DNA of 63,012 nucleotides, counting the filler, from Intoshia linei (lineage: Eukaryota; Animalia; Orthonectida): the NCBI GenBank assembly GCA_001642005.1. It is 10 parts of 10 records of this genome, joined end to end, with 100 filler letters (N's around TTAATTAATTAA, not from the genome) between each part and the next. Parts side by side here need not be neighbours in the genome. Positions count along the whole stretch, not along the records: positions 6,950 to 15,585 come from LWCA01001446.1; positions 15,686 to 33,390 come from LWCA01000798.1; 8 more parts are not named here. The stretch is one strand, 5' to 3'. The notes beneath the pieces were generated by a model, which was not told the DNA's origin, did no database searches, and worked only from the letters and a program-made list of their open reading frames with translations. Position numbers and translations under genes: made by a program. Shown in pieces: positions 12,676 through 25,352 of the stretch. The first letter of the stretch is position 1, and every line of letters begins with the position of its first letter.

Positions 12676-15216
12676 ATGGATACAAAATTAGTCAACGACA
12701 TAGATTCAAACAATAAGAAATTAGGATTTATAGGTGGATCGGCTATGATTATTGGAATAATAGTTGGATCTGGCATATTTGTATCACCAAATGGAATCAC
12801 TAAGAATGCTGGATCTGTAATTATTCTTATTTATACATGCATATATGCATTGTATTTATTAACAATTATGTAAACAAAATAACAAGTTTAAATCGTCTGC
12901 CAACGATAGTCGACTTACCTTTATCATTAATATCATTAACCAGTATTGCATTTCCCACGTAAATAATTATCACAAATTTTATTTGATTGAGATTCAACAA
13001 TATTCAGACTTGAAATTTTGTTTACATTTCTTTTATTTGTATTGAATTTGTTGGAATAACGAAAATTGTTCGTTTGTATTTGATTTACCTTTGGAGAATT
13101 AACCTCCAACAATTCAATCGTTTTATTCAGACCATTAGGAACATTTATAATGCTGGTATAGCTTGCCCAATTATACTTTTTCAGACAATTGAGCATTTTT
13201 TTTACTTAAGTAATCAGTTTTTCAACATTGATTGGTAATTCGTCTTCCAGTAAGAGATCTTGCAAGCCAATTTCAAAATTAAATATTATTAATTTAACCT
13301 AATCAATTTCGGATGCGGGTGACGACTCACTCCATATTCTGATTAGTTTTTCCCATGATTTAATATCTGATAATGAGAAGTGCGGCAATAGAAGAATAAT
13401 TTGTGCTGTGGGTTTTACATCTATCTGTTGATCACTCATGATAAATTTATAATTGTAATGTTAATTTTAAGTTAAATATTCATTTAATTACCTAAAAATT
13501 AATCAAAAACATATTTTGTTTCTAAGCAATAAAAATACTATTAGTACAACAAAAATATGGTCAGCCTATCATAAAATATAACAAAATAATAATGTGAACT
13601 TTTTATTTATTTACTCGTGCCATTTTGAACTGAAACGAGTAGAAAACTTCTTATAGAAATTCATATTATAAACTTTATCATAAAGTATTGTAATGTTCAA
13701 ATGTTATATGTGTAGTTTTATTAAAACACAAGATATTACTAGTTGTTTCACGTGTATTGTCTTGTATTGAACTTCACTTTAGTGTAGTTATGCAATGAAG
13801 TTATGTACTTCGTACATTACACCTCCCCTCTTAAAATAAATGATAATTATTAAGATGAGTAGGTATATGAGTTGTGCGCTGGGATTGGCGAGTGAACCTT
13901 ATAGATTGTTTGGTTGATCGAAGGTTCACTGGTGTGTAGTTGTCGGTATGGAAGGATTGATGCTTTTAGGCTCTTCTATCGTGATTTTTACCTTGTTCGT
14001 TTGATATGATAGGAATTAATTTATTTTCTCTTTTAATAAAAAGAGTGTCGTTTTGGACGGTTAAATCTTTTCTATATCTACAAAGAGGATTTGATTGTGG
14101 AATTTCTGTTTTGTTAAGAATGTGAGATTTGGTTTGGGAGTTTGATTGGTTTGGTGGAAAAATATAATTAGGTTGTTATTTGGTTATTGATGAGGTCGCG
14201 TGAGAGGATGTCTGCTTGAATATTGAGTTTTCCAAATCGATAGATAATGTCGAAGTCAAAGTCTTCAAGAGATTGGAATTAATGGAATTGTCGTTTAGAT
14301 AAGTTTTTTGAGTTTCGCATGCGGTCAATGGGGATTGTGGTCGGTGATGACCCTAAAGTGTTTTCCTTGTAGTAGGTGGCGGAATTTTTTAATTGAAGTG
14401 GATGCAGCAGTTAATTCTTTATCTGTTGTTGAGTAATTACATTGACCAGGTTTGTCAGAGAAATTTTTTATGAATTTTTTAATGATGGAATGAAAGGTGG
14501 GAGGTGTTTTAATTAATATATCATTCATTTTCTCCGGCTTTTCGGATGCATTATAGCAGAATTTTATTAACCCTAGTTCACACGATGATTCTTTCCCGAT
14601 GAGGTTACATTCATTAGTTATTAAAAAGGTTGAGGTTACTTCTTTTACTTTTATATTGAATTTGCCGTATATTGTTTTGATGTTGAATTACTGATCTGTC
14701 ATGGTTTGTTAATTTTATAGGGCATGGGACAACAGGTGTTAGTATAATTATTTTATTTTTTTGTGTTATATTAAAAATGTTAACCGTTGAGCCAGTGTCA
14801 ATTAGAAATTTTAATATAATTACCTTGTTGTTTTCACTGTGTGTTTCCAGTTCTGCGATTGCTTGACCATGACTGTGTGAGATGGCATTTATTCTGTTGT
14901 TTCCTCCTCGGACATTGATGCAAAATAATTAGGAATTGAGCATTTTTGGCATATTCATGGTGGATAGTCGCTACTGATGCATATTATTAAATATCTTATA
15001 TCTGCATATGCATTATATCTCTATATGCATATATTATAAATATTGAATTAACTTTAGTTTGGTCTTTCTATACTAGTATGGGTGTTAACCGGGATGATAT
15101 CTATATTAGGAGCACTTGGATTTGCAGAACTATCCATTCTTATGCCTTATTCAGCAGGTGACATTTATTATGCCAAGGAAGTGTTTGGTGATGCTTTTGG
15201 ATTCATTCAACTATGG
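12676..15216 (+). CDS. SLC7 (LAT / y+LAT / b0,+AT-type) amino-acid transporter, exons 1-2; 3' part missing
   Basis: Exon 1 12676-12816 (IIGIIVGSGIFVSPNG...NAGS|GTAATT). Exon 2 15058-15216 (FGLSILVWVLTGMISILGALGFAEL...GDIYYAKEVFG...FIQLW|GTAATA). Canonical APC/LAT TM1-TM3 motifs with in-phase splicing. Confidence 0.9.
12900..13439 (-). pseudogene. gag-like retroelement remnant in SLC7 intron 1
   Basis: MSDQQIDVKPTAQIILLLPHFS...KSWEKLIRIW with stops, then an Asn-rich tail; adjacent to a Gypsy LTR. Confidence 0.4.
13689..14990 (-). mobile_element. Deleted Ty3/Gypsy LTR retrotransposon (protease, RNase H, PPT, 133-bp 3' LTR at 13689-13821)
   Basis: FLIDTGSTVNI (protease); NYSTTDKEL...KFRHLLQGKHFRVITDHNP and FDFDIIYR.GK.N.QADILSR (RNase H); PPT AAGAGGGGAGG followed by TGTAATG...CATTACA. 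Confidence 0.85.
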
Positions 15217-15516
15217 GTAATACATCATTAAATTTGCATGTAACTACAATGTATTTGTATATAATGTATATGTATGACATAAAATAACATACGTTATGGG
15301 TATATTAAGGGTTTACGCACAATTTTTGTATAAAAAGTACACCGTACTAGTGTGTTCAACTTTTTTTAAAGTACTTTTTTGTACTGAGTACTTAGTTTTT
15401 TTTCTCAGTACTTTTTTGTACTTTTACTTAGTTTATAAAAATTACATCAAGTACTAAGTACTTTTACTGAGTTTTATAAAATTTGTACTGAGTACTATAT
15501 AAAAAGTACTATTTAA

Positions 15517-15898
15517 CCCTTACGAGACTATGCTGATTTTTAAAATTGAAAGCAAAAAATTTCACTTTTGAAATGTTAAAAAACANNNNNNNNNNNNNNN
15601 NNNNNNNNNNNNNNNNNNNNNNNNNNNNNTTAATTAATTAANNNNNNNNNNNNNNNNNNNNNNNNNNNNNNNNNNNNNNNNNNNNTAACGTTTTAAGTTT
15701 TAATTTTATTTTTTAAATTTTTTTCATAAAACCCGTCCGATTGTAATATATTTTATATAAATGATATATTTTTATGAACGTACTGTACATAAAAATGTAA
15801 AATAAACTTACACCGTAGTGGGTTGTGATATTTTTGCATATATGTCTATAGTTTACATTTTTTATTCCTATAGTTGATTGCATAATTACCTATAAGGA
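15517..15898. mobile_element. piggyBac-like non-autonomous element spanning the 15586-15685 gap
   Basis: TTAA|CCCTTACGAGACTATGC on the left and GCATAATTACCTATAAGGA|TTAA on the right: imperfect TIRs with TTAA targets. Confidence 0.5.
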
Positions 15899-15927
15899 TT
15901 AAACATACGTATATTTAAAAAAATTAC

Positions 15928-16915
15928 TTTAAGCGTGTCCATTGGATATCCAGTAAAAACCCCAACACATCCTATAACATTTAATAAATTTAAACTTAAT
16001 AATATATAACATTCAATTGATATGAGAGAATCAAATAAGCCCTACTTTTAGTGATAGTTCCTGATGGAACTCTTAAAAATAATTGCCGTACACATTGGCA
16101 GTGGAAGATTTTTAAACATAAAGTAATAATAAGATAAAAAGTTCAAATTTTCCTATTTAAAAGCATATTTTTATGATTAAATATGGTTTTTATTCGATTT
16201 TCATGCTGATACCCTCATTCACTAAAATAAATTTAATTCATTTTTAATTTTTCTGATATTTCCACATGATTGTAAATGTTATCTCGGATTTATAAATATG
16301 ACGTGTAAAAAATTTAATCTTACAAAATAAGGACATGTTTAAAAAGGTATTAACTCTATTATATAATATATTTCATATCAATTTCTCTCTTCATTTGAAT
16401 TACAATCTTACGTTATTATTATATGTAAATTATAATATACACGTATATGGTTTTAATTTATCTATTTCGCGAAATTTACGTCAAATCGCAACATTTTTAA
16501 ACTAGTGATAGGATACTGTATTTGAAAATTAAATGTTGTCCGTAAAGGTATATAAGCAGTTACAAAATTGTACGACTAATAATTTGCTATTAAAAAAGAT
16601 TTCAAAACTCAAAAAATTTGATAAAGTAACTCAAGTAATACATTAAGATATAGAGAGCATGACATATATTTTAAATCTGTTATACAGTTTAAATCCATAT
16701 TCTATATATTAATTATATATCTACGTGTTCGATTAAAATTTTTATTTAAAATAAGCTATAAAATTACCAGCAGTGAAGCCAGAAAAAAAATCAAAGTATT
16801 GAAAATTCCCATGTTTAGTTTTGGTATATACATTATCATCAATTTGGGCATCATTTTGTAGTATTGTATTAGGTGTAGTTATTTCATTTTCATTAAATTT
16901 ATAATTATAATCCAT
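15928..16915 (-). CDS. Mitochondrial carrier (SLC25A29/A45/A48-like), exons 1-2; 3' part missing
   Basis: Exon 1 16915-16768 (...DFFSGFTA G|GTAATT) splices in phase to exon 2 15971-15928 (GCVGVFTGYPMDTLK|GTAATT), giving the carrier signature P-x-D-x-x-K. Confidence 0.85.
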
Positions 16916-19900
16916 ATTTTCTTTATGAATAAATAAAAAATATATGATAAAAGAGTAAAAGAATAAATTATATGTATTACAAATGGTAACGATTAAATTA
17001 TTCAATAATAAATTTTGGATATGTTTAAGTCTTAATGAGGTTAATAATTTAAATGTAGTTTTTCGAATCATTTCTTCTAAAAAGCAAATCAACTACATTT
17101 AAATTTTAGTGTATAGTTTAAATTTTTATCAAACATCTAATCAATAAAATAATATAATCATTTCAAATGAAAAATAATACAATTTTTGGTTATTTTGACC
17201 TTGGTCAGAGTCGTTTCAACTGTTCATTTTGATTTAATAATCTCCAATTTTATCTTAAAATGAAACTAAAATGAAGTTGTAGAATAAAAATCAATCAGGG
17301 GTGGTCCTTTCACGAATAATTCATACATTAAAATTTTGATTGTAAAAAATTTTTGAATTTTACTAACTGGTTACTTTTTTTCTTTTTATTAAGAACAGTG
17401 TTCATTGATAAAATTTACAAAGATTGATCATTTCGATAGAAAATGAACAATATTTTTTGGTTTTATTAGTTTAACAACATTTGACGAATATGGGGTCGAT
17501 GCTGCATTGGGGATTAGTGAATTTAACAAAAAATAAAGAAAATATACTAAAAACACTAAAAGTATATTTATGAGACACCTTTCCAATCCTAACCATCTGT
17601 CAAAAATATTTTCTTCACTTTCGATTGACGAAAGTGAACCGATTTTCAATGATAGCGATAAGATGTATTCATCAAAAAGAAATAATGTACTATCTCAATC
17701 ACTAGTAAAATAATTTTTACTTCACTATAATTTACATGCAATGTACATTGAACTATAATATACATTTATTAATTTTATTCGGAAAGTAAGAATGTGTATA
17801 TTGAAATTCTACACAGCTAACTATTCATTTATAACATTAATTTTAATTAATTTTATTTTATTTTTAACTGAAATAAAATTACAATTTTAAAAATTTTTAG
17901 AATGAAAATTTTAATAGGAATCGTTTTATTTTTGGAATCGTCCCAACACTAGTTAATTATTCAAGGTGATATATTTACATGATTAAACCTTTAAAAAATG
18001 TATTTTCAATTTCAAATACAACTTTACGTTATCATATTTCTATATTTTTACATAGACAATGTAATATAAAATTATTAATATTTTAATTAGTAATATGTAA
18101 TTTAAAAATAAAAAGTTTGAAGATAAATGAAAATTAGGATGGCCAATTCAATTATTGAAAAAATCTTATTTTTAACAAAATTTAAATAACAATCAAATAC
18201 TGTGCCTAATATTTATATTATTTTGTATACTTGTTTAAATTAGTTTATTAATAGTGTAAACTTTTGTTATTTTGTGATAAATTGTACAATGTACATTGTA
18301 CGAAATTCACTTAGGGAACTCATAAGAGGGATGTTATCATAACAGAGTTTTAAAACTGAGGAACAAGTTGGTTAGGGTAGCGGAGAGGGACTATAATTTT
18401 TATAAAAATTTTAGAATGATGAAGCGAAATTTAGCGAAATTACTAGACACATTAAAAAAAATTGATACAAAACGTAATAAATTGATAAATTCTAATTAGT
18501 TAAAATTTTTCACGGATCGGTACTGGTCCACGGACCGATATTTTAGAAACGCTGCCATATACAATCTTGAAGATTACTTAAAATTAAAATTATTACCGTA
18601 AAAACCTTATCAAATTCTCGAACCAAAATTATCTTCTAAATCTCTAAAAATGTCGCTCTAAAAATACATGGATCAAATGTATGTCGCTCAATTGTACGTA
18701 TGCAATGAAATCTAAATCATTGCTTTTTTTACCAATCAAATATTCATTGAATATTATAATAATTATCATCTTAAACCCTAGTGACATAGATGAAATCAAT
18801 AAAGAGATAATATAATTTCTAACATATAAAGGAGATTTATTTTATATTAATTTAAGAGACTGGTAAATTTAAAAGTAGGAACATCCTGTCCTAAATTAAC
18901 ACATTGCAAGATATTAGCTGCCAAAGTAAACAATTTTAAACAATTTATCGAAAACTTTCCAATTTTATTTTTATTGACTGAGAGATTTTGATGTACATTT
19001 GTAACATGATAGAATTTGTATAATGGTGTATAATGTATAAATCAGGCTTCTCAACCTTGTCGAAGTCATGATATTCTTTAAGTAAAAATGACCAGAAAAA
19101 TACGTACTATCACTTTTAGTTTATTAGAAATAAATTTTAAGTAGTGTGTCCATAGTATTTATTTTAACAAAAGTACTTATTTTTAAATGTCAAAAATAAG
19201 TACTAAAATTTAGTATTTACTAAAATGGTATTTATGAGTACTTATTTAGACTATGACATTTTCCGGTTAATAAAATTGAGTTTGAATTATCCCTATAGGG
19301 TCACATTTCTATTAATATTGATTTTTATTCAAATTTCAAAATGAAAATTATATTTGGGGGCACTGTATAATAAATTTAGCATGTATATTTTTTACTTTTA
19401 ATTAATGGTTAGTGTGTAATGAAATTTGTAACATAAAACCTATATTTATATCTACTTTTGTTTGAGTTGGCCACCTTATCCATAATTTTAAACAAAAATA
19501 TACTTTTTGACATTCTTCCAATTTGATAAATGTATGATAATTCGATATTTAAACAGGTGTAAATAGTGTATACTATATTAAAAATCATGCTATGATTATA
19601 TTTTAATTAAAAATAATTATGAATAAAATGCTTACTTATTTTTTTTAGTTGTAAAATGTTATTTGAAATTCAAAATTATTAACTAACGCATACATTAGTG
19701 TTTCTTAAACTGGGGCGACGGACCCCTAGGGGACTGCGCAATATTTTATACTGTTGTGTATTAGTCATGGCGATTTATACTTGATATAATTCAATTTTTT
19801 ATATTACATTTATTATCAAGTTGATACTTCACTTATATAAGTTATGAAATTTAAATTAATTGTCTATGTATTCCCTGCTATTTAAAAAATTAAAAATAAA

Positions 19901-20066
19901 ATATTATTCGTACAATTTTTAAAAAACAAATTATGTTACATTTTTATCAAGTCAGTTTTTATGTTAAATTCAATTCCCAGCAATTTGCATGTTCATGGTC
20001 AAGAACTCAAACAATTATTTTACTACCGTACATTTTGCAAATTAAAAATGAAAAAATATAGAATAA

Positions 20067-21842
20067 CTAGGTTGATTGTTATGTACTACGTACAAACAGG
20101 ACATAGCTCTGGCGAGGGCACATTTTTATTATACTTAAAAAATAAATTCACGTTGAAAATCTAACTAAAATCCATTATTTCCTATTATCAATCATTTACA
20201 GAAGTGGTTCTCAAATTTGTTTCAGGTGGAACCATCATATCACATTACTTTTTACTTTAATGTGAATTATTCCATCTTAATTTTTTGTTTGTTAAAATTT
20301 GCATAAAGAATTTTAAAAACAATTGTTATCCCATTTTTTTAATTTATTAGACAGAATGTGTGTATAATATTAAAAATAAAGTAAAAACGGTCCAATCCTA
20401 AAAATTATCATAAATAGCATAAATTCCAGAAAAAATAAAAATATAAAAACCTATTTTGTCATTTTCAATGTGTTGACATAATGTCACATTCAAAACTATG
20501 CCAACATCAAAATTATATTTATACATATTATGTGTTTTTTTAATTTTATTTTGTATGCCATTAAAAAAATAGATTTGGTTGATAATTTTAAGTTTTTTAA
20601 AGCTCAAATAAAATTGAAATATTTTTAATTTTAAATTATTGGACGATGCAAAAGTATGTTAATACTACACTAAATTTGAATTAATGAAACATTAACTTTA
20701 TAGATTTCATCTTTTTCTGTTGCATGTCGAGATTTAAATCACTCAGAATTATTATTAATCACTACAATGCACGATGAAGGAAAAACACTACGTGAAATTG
20801 GACAAATAATGGGTACACACTATTCTACCATATCTAGGACCCTAAAACAAACCCGCGAAGCACGAGTCTATGTAAACAATTCCAAAACTTGTCATAAATT
20901 CATTGCTGATGTCTGAGATAATAGAAGTTTGATGAGTTTATCAGAATTAAAAAATAAGTGGAACATGGTGGCAAGTATCAGTACGGTTAGAAGAAGGTTG
21001 ATAGAAAATGGAATTAAAAGCTATGCTGTTAGCTAAAAACCTCGGTTATCTGTAGTTAACATTTCTAAACGCTTAGACTTTGTACAGGTCACCGCAGTTG
21101 GTATAAGGATGATTGTGATATTTACTGATGAACGCAAAGTTGACATCAAAATGGGTCATATATACCCGAAAATATGAAGAAGAAAAACTGAGTCTATAGA
21201 ACAGTTCGCCATTCGTGAAAATAACAGGTTTTCGACTTCAGTGATGATTTGGGGTGTATTTCAAAAATATTGGTTGATAATATATTAAAAATTATTTTTC
21301 ATCGGGAATGCGTAGATTTCTTTCGGGTTGAACTTTTAAATTTATATTAACTGGAATAAGCTCTATCAGAATCTTTTTTTTAATTTTCGGACAGTTAATT
21401 ATTTCACATTTTTTGTTTTAATAAAATATAATTCGGAAAAAAATATATGAATACTAAAATATTTTTTTAACCGTGAAGTCATCACTTATTTAGATTGAAA
21501 TTTTTTGTGTGTGTTAATAGGATACAATTGTACGACCTGTAAATTTTTTTAAATTCTAGGGCTGTTTTCATATCAAAAGGGGGTAATTTATGGTTTTGGC
21601 CCTGAAGATATAATTTTTTTAAATTCTATAACTCGTTTGATTTTTAAAAAGAGTGACAATTGAAGTTTTGACCCGTAAGATGTGAGTTTGGGAGATTGAA
21701 ATTTATCTTATTATATGTCCCGGAAATCACTGTAATTGAAATGTGAACTTTATAAAATTCTAAGACTGGTAGTTATTTCAATAAAGTGGAACACATTCAC
21801 TCACACAAACAAATATTGCGTAGCATATTATATAAGTAAGGA
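20067..21842 (-). mobile_element. Helitron family A copy with both termini and an internal Tc1 remnant
   Basis: 5' A|TCCTTAC at 21842; 3' hairpin CTGTTTGTAC-GTA-GTACATAACA followed by ...CTAG|T at 20067. Inserted between A and T with no TSD, the Helitron signature. Confidence 0.85.
20730..21262 (+). pseudogene. Tc1-like (DD34E) transposase, 5' half
   Basis: EGKTLREIGQIMG..YSTISRTL (HTH), SISTVRRRL, KPRLS...KRLDF, VIFTDE, SVMIWG; stops and frameshifts. Confidence 0.85.
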
Positions 21843-23015
21843 TTAATATTTCTAAATTTTATAAAAATGTAATTTATAGAAATTTTTTTTTCATTTATTT
21901 CAAATAATGTAAAGATCAAGGATTTTCATACTACGTCAAAAAAATTCTTAATGTTGTATCAACCACAATTTTATGTTAAAATGAAAATGAAAACTAAGAA
22001 TTGTAGATACATGTATAGATTACAAGGCTGAATCCACCTTACGAAGGCCTAGACAAAGTTTTAAAAAAATTTGTTTGCATTTTCAAAACTGAGTATATAA
22101 AAAAATGATAGTAAAAGCTTTGACTCATAAATATTTTAACATCAGAGTCTGAAATAGTCATCAACTTCTAAATTATGCGATCGCTTTACAATCTTCATCA
22201 TCCTTTCATCCTTTAACATATAAAAAAATATTAGACTGATACTTGTCTCACATTTCGTTACCCTTTTAATAACTACAGGATTGGTCAGATTATATATTAT
22301 GTTTATGGATAATTCAATGATACTGTTAACAAATATTTAAACTTTGACACATGCCAAAATTTATTTCAATATTAAAATAATGAAATAACCTTGTTTTTTA
22401 TTAGATTTCATAAACTTGTTTAATGTATTTTTGTTCAATTAACGCAATGATAGAAAATGTATAAGAATAATGTGAGAATATTTTTAAATTAACAATTTCA
22501 AATTATTGAATCGTTTGACATAGTTTCAGAGGTATAAACTAATTAAAGTTTAAATTTTAATAAATTATTAGTAACTAAAATAAATAAATAAAATACATAT
22601 TATATTTATTATTATTGACTTAGGTACTACGTACAAACAGTACCTAGCTATGGTGAGGGCACATTTTTATTATACTTAAAAAATAAATTCACGTTGAAAA
22701 TCTAATTAAAAATCCTACTAGTCACTATTATCAATTTTTTAAAGGAGTGGTTGCCAAATTTGTTTCAGGTGAAACCGTCATATCACATTACTTTTTACTT
22801 TAAAGTGAATTTATTCCACTTAATTTTTTTTAACATTTGCATAAATAATTTTAAAAACAATTTTTATCCCAATTTTTTAATTTATTAGACAGAATGTGTC
22901 TATAATATTAAAAATAAAGTAAAAACAGTCCAATCTTAAAAATTTTCATAAATAGCATAAATTCCAGAAAAAATAAAATTATAAAAACTTATTTTTTTAT
23001 TTTCAATGTAATGAT

Positions 23016-25352
23016 TAGGGGGTCGAAAGTTAATTTTTGTTATGTTTATCGGGATAAAATTACAAGCATTGCGATACATGATTAATACTATACACAGAGC
23101 CGTTTTAAGGCATTATGGGCTGTAGCCCAGGGCCCCTCATTAAAAAAGGCTTAAATTAATAAAAGTACTTTACATTTATATCTTAAAAAGAGGGCCCCAA
23201 TTTATTAAAAAATACTTCACATTTATATCTTAAGAAACAGTTTATAAGTTTTGAAGTGTGGGAATTCAAATAGCTAAAAAGAAAATTGTTTAAACAATCA
23301 AAGTTTTGGTAATTATTTAATTTAAAATATATTCTGCAATGTTCATAATATAATATTGACATAAAAAACTGTTTCAAATGATAATATTAAACATTAAAAC
23401 TTTTCTATTAAAGTGAATATTAAAAAAAAAAGTAAGAAATCTTTTATTTTCTTTTATTAATACTCAGTGAAATAAAACTAAAATTTTCCAACCAATAGTA
23501 TGCCCTGTCTTCTAAACAGGGGTCCTAAATTTTTTTATCGCTTCGCTCGAAATTTTTTGAAGGGCATGGCTTTTTGCTAAGCCGAGGGCCCGAAGTGGCT
23601 TAAGACGGCTCTGACTATGCATATTGATTAGCTAATTAAAATTTGATAAAGTTACAAAAGTTAATTGTATATGAAATAGATTGATGTAGTATTATTATTA
23701 GAATGCCAAAATTTTCTAAAAGTCGATCTGAAAAAATATTGAATATATTAAGGTTATATCCGAGTGAATTTATGAAACAAGACGAAAATTTGTTTTGTGT
23801 CAAATGTCACGTCCATGTTTCATTTGATAAATTGCACTATGTACAGGTGCATAGAAATTCTGTCAAACACAAAATTAAAGTGGACACTCTTCCTATTCAA
23901 AATAATATTAATTGAATTATTATTTATTGATTATTACATTAATAAATATAACGATTTTGGGGTACAGGTGTTGGAAGCTTTTTTATCTGCAGACATACTT
24001 TTTAATAAACTTAACAATCATAAATGAAAAGAGTTGTTGAAATCTATATGTAAGATTTTACCATCTGAATCTAATTGTCGGAATAATATTGTTAAATTAT
24101 ATGAAGATGAAATGGAAAAAATTAAACAGTATTCGAAAATGAATCAATTTTCATGATAATTGACGAATCTGATTTAAACAGTTCTAAATACGTTAACACT
24201 TTGATTGGAAACATTAAAAATACTAAAAAAAAATAATATTATATGATTGTAAGATTATCAATGCAAACATTAATGGTAAAATGGTTATAAATTCAGTCTA
24301 TGATACTCTTCAACAACTCAATGTACACATGGATCAGTTTCAACTGTTTTTAACGGATGCCGCACAGTATTTAATTTATTTTTCATCTGTGAGAATTGCA
24401 GTAAAAAATATCTGTTATGAATACAGTTTATATAACTTTTATTATTAACTAACATTGTTGCTCTTCATATATTTTATTTTTAAATTTAACACATCAGTTA
24501 CAAACCAGTTAAAAATGATTTATCCCAATCTTTTTCACGTTACTTGCACAAGCAATTTGATTCATAATTGTTGCATCTGACTGAGGCAAAACTATGAAAA
24601 TGTCAATCAATTAATACCAACAATAAAAATTTTTAACTCTAAAAATAAAGACATTCGAGGGTTTTTCCATAATATTGGATATCCACCTCGATTTATTATT
24701 ACTAGATGGGGTAGCTGGTTTAAATTTAGTGTCTATTATATTGATCATTTCAATGTTGTATAAGATATAGTTGAGAATATAACTGGTAAATGAATTATTG
24801 TGCAAAGAGCAAGGGAAGCAGTATCAAACTCAAACGTATATATGGAATTAGTTGAATTATCTGGGTACAAATATTTACTTGATGTAATTAATATGTGCCA
24901 AGAATCAAACTTCACGATAGAAATAACATTTAAGGTGATTAATGATATAAATTTCTCCCGTGACCCTGCCAATATTAATAATTACATAAAAAAAAGATTG
25001 AAGAACACGATATCACAAGAATTAAGTTGAACGTTGATCAATCTAAATCTCCATAAATGTATAGTTATGTACGAAATGCCTCCTCAACAGCAATTGCAGT
25101 TGAACAGAGCTTCAGTTTACAGAATAAATTACTTACAATACAAAGATATTTTTTAGCTGACAATGTTAAAAAATACCTTATATACTACAGTAAATAATTG
25201 CATAATTTTTTCGACTTCTTCATGTATATTAGCATGTTTAAATTTGTTACTACTTGAATTTCAAAAAAAAATATTCCAAAATAGAAAGTTACATGATTTT
25301 TTTTCATAAGTTACAATTTTATTAATTTATAGGTTAAAAAAAAACCGCCCTA
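23016..25352 (+). mobile_element. hAT transposon with CGGBP1-like zinc finger; near-full-length dead transposase (23703 to ~25195)
   Basis: TAGGG...CCCTA termini; 8-bp TSD GTAATGAT/GTGATGAT. Motifs LFCVKC...HRNSVKH (zinc finger), IIDESD, FLTDAAQY, HVTCTSNLIHNC, AVEQSFS. Confidence 0.85.
23095..23613. mobile_element. hAT MITE nested in the 23016-25352 element
   Basis: TIRs CAGAGCCGTTTTAAG / CTTAAGACGGCTCTG; 8-bp TSD ACTATACA/ACTATGCA. Confidence 0.85.

Noticed and set aside
17428-17710. Coding-like stretch as SLC7 exon 3
   Set aside because: No APC transporter motifs, an internal stop on +, and no compatible splice sites.
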